Made by a program: the position numbers and the translations under genes
Shown: positions 59,691-64,000 of the stretch, piece by piece
How the letters are laid out: every line of letters starts with the position of its first letter
Numbering within the stretch: the first letter of the stretch is position 1
Notes under the pieces: model-generated
What the model was told of the DNA's origin: nothing
Database searches by the model: none
What the model saw: only the letters and a program-made list of their open reading frames with translations
NCBI RefSeq assembly: GCF_044704955.1
Contig: NC_091984.1
Coordinates: forward strand, 145,638,001-145,702,000
Length of the DNA stretch: 64,000 bases
Origin: Pristiophorus japonicus
Lineage: Eukaryota
Direction of reading: 5' to 3'

Positions 59691-60119
59691 GTGCTGGTGG
59701 TGTTGACCACTTTAAAAGTCACAGCATACATTTTATTGAAGCTATTTCCGTCCCCGGTTTTCCCGCTGCCAATAGTTGGATCAATCGATGCTGTAACTCC
59801 CCCTTGTGGTACATCTATATGGGCTCCACCCAAACCCCTGTTTTCAACCCTTGAACCCACATTGCCCACGCTAGCTGGAGCCCTGCTTCTTAATTACAGC
59901 ATCTCACAGCACAGAGGGAGGCCATTCAGCCCATCAAACCCATGCTGGCTCTTTGAAAGAGCTATGGACTACAATGGCCTGGACTAATGATCCAGAGACA
60001 CGAGTTCAAATCCCACCACGGCAGCTGGGGAATTTAATTCAGTTAATTAAATAAATCTGGAATAAAAAGCTAGTGTCAGTAATGGTGACCACGAAACTGC
60101 CAGATTGTCGTAAAAACCC

Positions 60120-63100
60120 ATCTACCTGGCCTGCTACCTTCAGGGATATGTGGACATGCATACCAAGGTCCCTTTGTTCCTCAAAAATCCTCAGTGTCCT
60201 ACAATTTAATATGTATTCCCTTGCCTTGTTATCCTTCCCCAAAAGCATTACCTCAGACTTCTCTGGATTAAATCCCATTTGCCACTGTTCTGCCCACCTG
60301 ACAATTTCATTGTTATCTTCTAGCAGTCTCCAGCTTTCTTCTTCATTATCAACAACACAGCCGATTTTAGAATCGTCTGCAAACTTCTTAATCATACCCC
60401 CTACATTAAAGTCTAAATCATTGATATATACCACAAAAAGCAAGGGACCTAGTACTGAGCCCTGCAGAACCCCACTGGAAACAGCCTTCCAGTCACAAAA
60501 ACACCCATCAACCATTACCCTTTGCTTCCTGCCTCTGAGCCAACTTTGGATCCAACTTACCACTTTTCCCTGGATCCCATGGACTTTTACTTTCGTGACC
60601 AGTCTGCCATGTGAGACCTTATCAAATGTCTTGCTAACATCCATATACAGTACATCAAACGTGCTGACGTCAGAGATCCTCCTTATTTCTTCCTCCATTA
60701 ATTCAATTAAGTTAGCCAGACATGATCTTCCCTCAACAAATTCATGCTGACTGTCCTTGATTAACCCATCGATCTAAATGAAGATTTATCCTGTCTCTCA
60801 GGAATTTTTCTAATAATTTTCCCACCACCGGGGTTTGGCTGACTGGTCTGCAATGTACGTAGTTAATGTAACACCACTTTTTAAAAAGGGAGGGAGAGAT
60901 GAAATGGGGTATTTATAGACCAGTTAGACTGACAGCAGTAGTGGGGAAAATGTTGGAATAATTTATTAAGGATGAAATAACAGCGCATTTGGAAAGCAGT
61001 GACAGGATCGGTCCAAGTCAGCATGGATTTGTGAAAGGGAAATCATGCTTGACAAATCTTCTGGAATATTTTTAGGATGTAACTATTAGAGTGGACAAGG
61101 GAGAACCAGTGGATGTGGTGTATTTGGACTTTCAAAAGGCTTTTGACAAGGTCCCACACAAGAGATTGTTGTGCAAAATCAAAGCACATGGTATTGGCGG
61201 TAATGTACTGACGTGGATAGAGAACTGGTTGGCAGACAGGAAGCATAGAGTCGGGATAAATGGGTCCTTTTCAGAATGGCAGACAGTGACTAGTGGAGTG
61301 CCGCAGGGCTAAGTGCTGGGACGCCAGCTCTTTACAATATACATTAATGATTTAGATGAAGGAATTGAGTGTAATATCTCCAAGTTTGTTGATGATACTA
61401 AACTGGGGAGTGGTGTGAGCTGTGAGGAGGACGCTAAGAGGCAGCAGGGTGATTTGGATAGGTTCGGTGAGTGGGCAAATGCATGGCAGATGCAGTATAA
61501 TGTGGATAAATGTGAGGTTATCCAATTTGGGGGCAAAAACACAAAGGCAGAATATTATCTCAATGGTGACAGATGAGGAAAAGGGGAGTTGCAACGAGAC
61601 CTGGCTGTCATGGTTCATCAGTCATTGAAAGTTGGCATGTAGGTACAGCAGGCGGTGAAGAAGGCCATTGGTATGTTGGCCTTCATAGCTAGGGGGTTTG
61701 AGTATAGGAGCAGGAAGGTCTTACTGCAGCTGTACAGGCCTCAGCTGGAATATTGTGTTCAGTTTTGGTCTCCTAATCTGAGGAAGGATGTCCTTTCTAT
61801 TGAGGGAGTGCAGCGAAGGTTCACCAGACTGATTCCCGGGATGGCTGGACTGCCATATGAGGAGAAACTGGATCAACTGGGTCTTTATACACTGGAGTTT
61901 AGAAGGATGAGATGGGATCTCATAGAAACATATAAGATTCTGACGGGACTGGACAAGTTAGATGCGGGAAGAATGTTCCCAATGTTGGGAAGTCTAGAAG
62001 CAGGGGACATAGTCTGAGGATAAGAGGTGAGCCATTTTGCACTGAGATGAGGAGAAACTTCTTCACTCAGAGATTTGTTAACCTGTGGAATTCCCTGCCG
62101 CAGAGAGTTGTTGATGTCAGTTCATGGATATGTTCAAGAGGGAGTTAGATTTGGTCCTTACGGCTAAATGGATCAAGGGGTATGGAGAGAAAGCAGGAAA
62201 GGGGTACTGAGGGAATGATTCGTTATAATCTTATTGAATGGCGGTGCAGGCTCGAAGGGCCGAATGGCCTGCTCCTGCACATATTTTCTGTGTTTCTATT
62301 TTTCTTTGTAATTAATTGGTCTATCCCTTTCTCCCTTTTTAAAAAAAGGTGCAACATTAGCTATCCTCCAGTCCTCTGGCACCACACCTGTATCCCGAGA
62401 ATTGGAAAATGATGGTCAGAGCCTCTGCTATTTCCTTTTTGCTTCTCTTAATAGCCTGGGATACATTTCATCAAGGCCTGGGGATTTATCCACTGTCAAA
62501 TCTCGGAAACCCCTTAATACTTCCTCTCTCACTATCTTTATTTCATCTAATATTTCACACTTCTCTTCCCTGATTGCAATATCTGCATCGACCCTCTCTT
62601 TTGTGAAAACAGACACAAAGTATTCATTAAGAACCATACCGACATCTTACATCTCCACACACAGATTACCTTTATGGTCTTTAATAGGCACTACTCTTTC
62701 TGTAATTATCCTCTTGCTCTTAATGTATTTACAAAACATCTTTGGGTTTTCCTTGATTTTACTTGCCAAGATGTTTTCATGCTCTCTCTTTGCTTTCCTA
62801 ATTTCCTTTTTAATTGCAGCCCTGCACTTTCTATACTCCTCAAAAGTTCCTGCAGTATTGAGCCCTCGGTGTCTGTAATAAGCCTCCCTTTTTTACTTTA
62901 TCCTACACTGTATTTCCCTTGACATTCAGGACCTCTAGATTTGTTAGCCCCACCCTTTTTCTTTCAGGGAACAGACTTACTCTGAAACCACAGGATTTCC
63001 TCCTTGAATGCCTCCCACTGCTCTGACACTGATTTACCTTCAAGTAGCCGTTTCCAGTCCACTTTGGCTAAATCTCATCTCAGCTCAGCAAAATTGGCTT

Positions 63101-64000
63101 TTCCCCAATTGAGAACGTTTATTGCTGGTCTATATTTGTCCTTTTCTATAACTATTCGACATCTAACTGAATTATGATCACTGGCACCAAAATGCTCTCC
63201 CACTGATACCTCTTCCACCTGCCCCTCTTCATTCCCCAAAACCAAGTCCAGAACCGTCCCCTCCCTTTTTGGGCTTGTTACAAACTGGCTAAAAAAAGTT
63301 CTGCTGAAAGCATTTTAGGAATTCCACACCCTCTATACCTTTCACACTAATTTTATCCCAGTTAATTTTAGGGTAGTTGAAATCCCCTCCTATTACTGCC
63401 CTATAGTTTTTGCACTTGTCAGAAATGTGCCCACATATTTGCTCTTCTCTCTCCCTCTGACTGTTTGGGGGTCTATAGTACACTCCCAGCAGTGTGATTA
63501 CCCCTTTTTCGTTCTTCAATTCGACCTATATGGCCTCATTTGATGATCCTTCCGACATATCATCCCTCCTCACAGCTGTAATTGTTTCTTTCAATTGTTT
63601 CACAACTGCGACCCCCTCCTTTTTTATCCCCCTCTCTATCCCGTCTGAAAACCCTGTAACCACGAATGTTGAGCTGCCATACCTGCCCTTCTTTCAGCCA
63701 TGTCTCAGTAATAGCTATAATATCGTACTCCCAAGTGTCTATCTGTGCTCTCAGCTCATCTGCCTTATTCCCGAGACTCCATGCATTGAAGGATATACCA
63801 TATAGCACTGCCAAACTGCCTTGCTGTCTATTTTCTAAGCTTTGTTTCCTCTGTCTCCCAAATTCACTTTCTACTTTTCTGCTTTCTAATTCCAGCTTTG
63901 CTTCTCGCCCGACTGAATCTATTCTCTGGTTCCCATCCCCCTGCCAAGCTAGTTTAAACCCTCCCCAACCACACTAGCAAATGCTGCCGTGAGGATTTTG
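60120..64000 (-). mobile_element. CR1 (endonuclease-RT) with a second CR1 nested on the + strand (about 60858-62305)
   Basis: FNAWSLGNKADEL, GVYYRPPN, GDFN, KSPGLDEMYP, KFADDSK; the nested copy has [13 protein letters not shown] through its 3' tail. Confidence 0.9.

Noticed and set aside
59755-59790. GSGKT as a Walker A motif
   Set aside because: Lacks the leading G/A of GxxxxGK(T/S) and the preceding hydrophobic strand.

Overview
Eukaryotic DNA from a cartilaginous fish (shark-like), inferred from the CR1/HE1/Tx1 repeat content and a nurse-shark NS4-like light-chain leader. Most of the window is decayed, nested transposable elements: CR1, L2, RTE and Tx1 LINEs, SINEs, MITEs and solo LTRs. 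The only recognisable host gene is a germline, unrearranged kappa-type immunoglobulin light-chain cluster on the + strand. It has a promoter, leader exon 40933-40981, V exon 41162-41459 with a 12-RSS, and a 23-RSS plus J at 42753-42826; no C exon is visible before the window ends. Two complete proviruses each split a CR1 and carry a 5-bp TSD. ERV-A (18140-25825) has a tRNA-Ser(CGA)-type PBS, a candidate -1 gag-pro frameshift signal, class III-like RT motifs, a gamma-type env and LTRs about 4-5% diverged. ERV-B (45454-52712) lies in the J-C intron and its LTRs differ at only one of 543 nt by eye. ERV-B is the most interesting element: it lacks the whole RT polymerase core but keeps an intact protease plus 2H-phosphoesterase (HCT/HLT) ORF. 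It also carries an intact 66-aa membrane protein that precedes and overlaps env and resembles HIV-1 Vpu in layout and motifs. The window also holds an inverted paralogous copy of the V upstream flank, a DR3 (AGGTCA) minisatellite, and immune-type enhancer motif clusters. All calls are by eye, with no database searches.
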